Source of the DNA: a bacterium
Lineage (GTDB): Bacteria > Zhuqueibacterota > Zhuqueibacteria > Oceanimicrobiales > Oceanimicrobiaceae
Reading direction: 5' to 3'
DNA length: 37,168 nt
Assembly: GCA_046757165.1 (NCBI GenBank)
Contig: JBHHXT010000029.1
Span: 1-37,168 of the forward strand
The notes beneath the pieces are model-generated. The model was given only the letters and a program-made list of their open reading frames with translations, was not told the origin of the DNA and ran no database searches. Both the position numbers and the translations under genes were made by a program. Shown piece after piece: positions 36,024-37,168 of the stretch; the first letter of the stretch is position 1; the number at the start of each line of letters is the position of its first letter.

Positions 36024-36689
36024 TCAAAATCTGCGCGCGGCGCGGTATTGAATCCTGAACTTAAAGGGCACCGCAATCCAGACCTTCACCGCCCTGTCAC
36101 GCTGTCGGGCCGGATGCCATTTTGAGGCCCTGAGCCCCGCGACCGCTGCTTCTTCAAACCCCACATGGAGCCCAGATTCCTTGAGAACCATAACTTTGCT
36201 CGGATTGCCATCCTGGTCGACCAGAACGCCAACAACGACCATTCCCTCGATCCGATTTTCCAGGGCGTGCTGCGGATACTCAACTTTGCGATGGATTGCC
36301 TTCAGACCGCCCTTGAGCCTGGGAGGGACTTCATGGGGTACAAAGGTGAATTCCTCGTACGGGTCGGGCATCTCAGGAGGCGGGGGCAGGGAGACGAACT
36401 CCAGCTCCACGGGCATGATGGTGGCATTCACGGGCATTGCCTCGTTTTCAATCGGAACCGGAACCCGCGGAAGTCGCGGCGGTGGCGGCTTGCGGTACTG
36501 ATACGTACGAGCAATATCTTCGATCTCGATTTTCACTTTGTGCAATTTACCAGACATCCTTGCAGGCCTAAGACCGGGCAACGCATGCAGCAAACCAATG
36601 ACCGAAAGAAGGGAGACGATCAAAGAAAGTTCGATCGCTTTGCGGTAGTTCCGTTTCAGCTCGTCCTTGCGAAGGGTTGACTTCTCCAT
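36024..36689 (-). CDS. TonB family energy transducer
   Basis: N-terminal TM with His; Pro-rich linker; C-domain YPQHA...IEGMVVVGVLVD..G...FEEAA...WHPARQ...V.F. Confidence 0.88.
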   Translation of the reverse strand: MEKSTLRKDELKRNYRKAIELSLIVSLLSVIGLLHALPGLRPARMSGKLHKVKIEIEDIARTYQYRKPPPPRLPRVPVPIENEAMPVNATIMPVELEFVSLPPPPEMPDPYEEFTFVPHEVPPRLKGGLKAIHRKVEYPQHALENRIEGMVVVGVLVDQDGNPSKVMVLKESGLHVGFEEAAVAGLRASKWHPARQRDRAVKVWIAVPFKFRIQYRAARRF

Positions 36690-36886
36690 ATTCCTTGAGA
36701 AATTAATTAGAATTGAACTTTGTTTATGAGTGTTACATCGAATCGTAAGAGGGAAAGCTTAAACTAGCTAAGAGAATAATACGCAGGCGCTATTTCTTCA
36801 TGACTCGAATAGTCACGGCCGGCTGCCGCATCTTATGAGGTCTGGCCAAGATACACACTCTCTGACTGTGTTTTGAGAGGCACCGG

Positions 36887-37129
36887 ATGAACAAAGCGAC
36901 CCAAAAACTTCTCGTCCGCGAAGCGGCCATTCTGCTCCTCATTCTCCTGATCGGATACGTCTTCTACGCCGATGGCTCCAAGAGCTTTCGTTATCCGCTC
37001 AGTGCCCGTCCTGAAATCAAGCTGCATTTCCTGCAGCTTGGCAAAGCGATTATGATATTTGGCTATCCAACGCTTTTGCTGCTCAGGTTCGGATTGAAAA
37101 AGTTGCGGGAGGTCAGAAAAAAGGAATAG
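36887..37129 (+). CDS. Small hypothetical membrane protein (2 TM)
   Basis: 80-aa ORF with SD GAGAGG, two hydrophobic segments and a basic C-tail; no family recognised. Confidence 0.6.
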   Translation: MNKATQKLLVREAAILLLILLIGYVFYADGSKSFRYPLSARPEIKLHFLQLGKAIMIFGYPTLLLLRFGLKKLREVRKKE

Positions 37130-37168
37130 CGAAGGAGTTCACTCATCTTGCTGTGCAACGTGAAACGG

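Overview
Bacterial chromosomal window, about 37 kb, with no phage, transposase or CRISPR signal. The FlgD/T9SS-like secretion tail, the periplasmic propeller kinase, LpxH and TonB suggest a diderm FCB-group lineage such as KSB1 or Calditrichota (inference). From left to right it holds: (i) ArsR regulator, secreted S8 protease and MFS transporter (+); (ii) a five-gene minus-strand signalling operon behind a sigma28-like promoter, encoding Hpt, STAS anti-anti-sigma factor, REC-PP2C phosphatase, a DHp-less pseudo-histidine kinase and a 2093-aa propeller/PAS/GAF hybrid kinase with three receivers; (iii) rpsU-yqeY-cvpA-mutS2-suhB; (iv) a Zn-ribbon microprotein, YbbR/CdaR-like gene and rsmE; (v) a long minus-strand housekeeping cluster (ispE, spoVG, tRNA-Gln, prs, rplY, pth, hppA, rpsF, ssb, rpsR, rplI) headed by two bacterial-microcompartment hexamer genes behind a near-consensus sigma70 promoter; (vi) lpxH, a heptamer-based inverted-repeat element, PBP1A, a two-domain amidase lipoprotein, tonB and a small membrane protein. 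The most notable points are the enzyme-less BMC shell pair coupled to ispE (one shell protein has a Rho-N/HeH-like appendage), the Hpt/STAS/PP2C/pseudokinase module, and the CAAATCC inverted-repeat element that supplies the lpxH stop codon. All calls come from motif recognition by eye; no searches were run.
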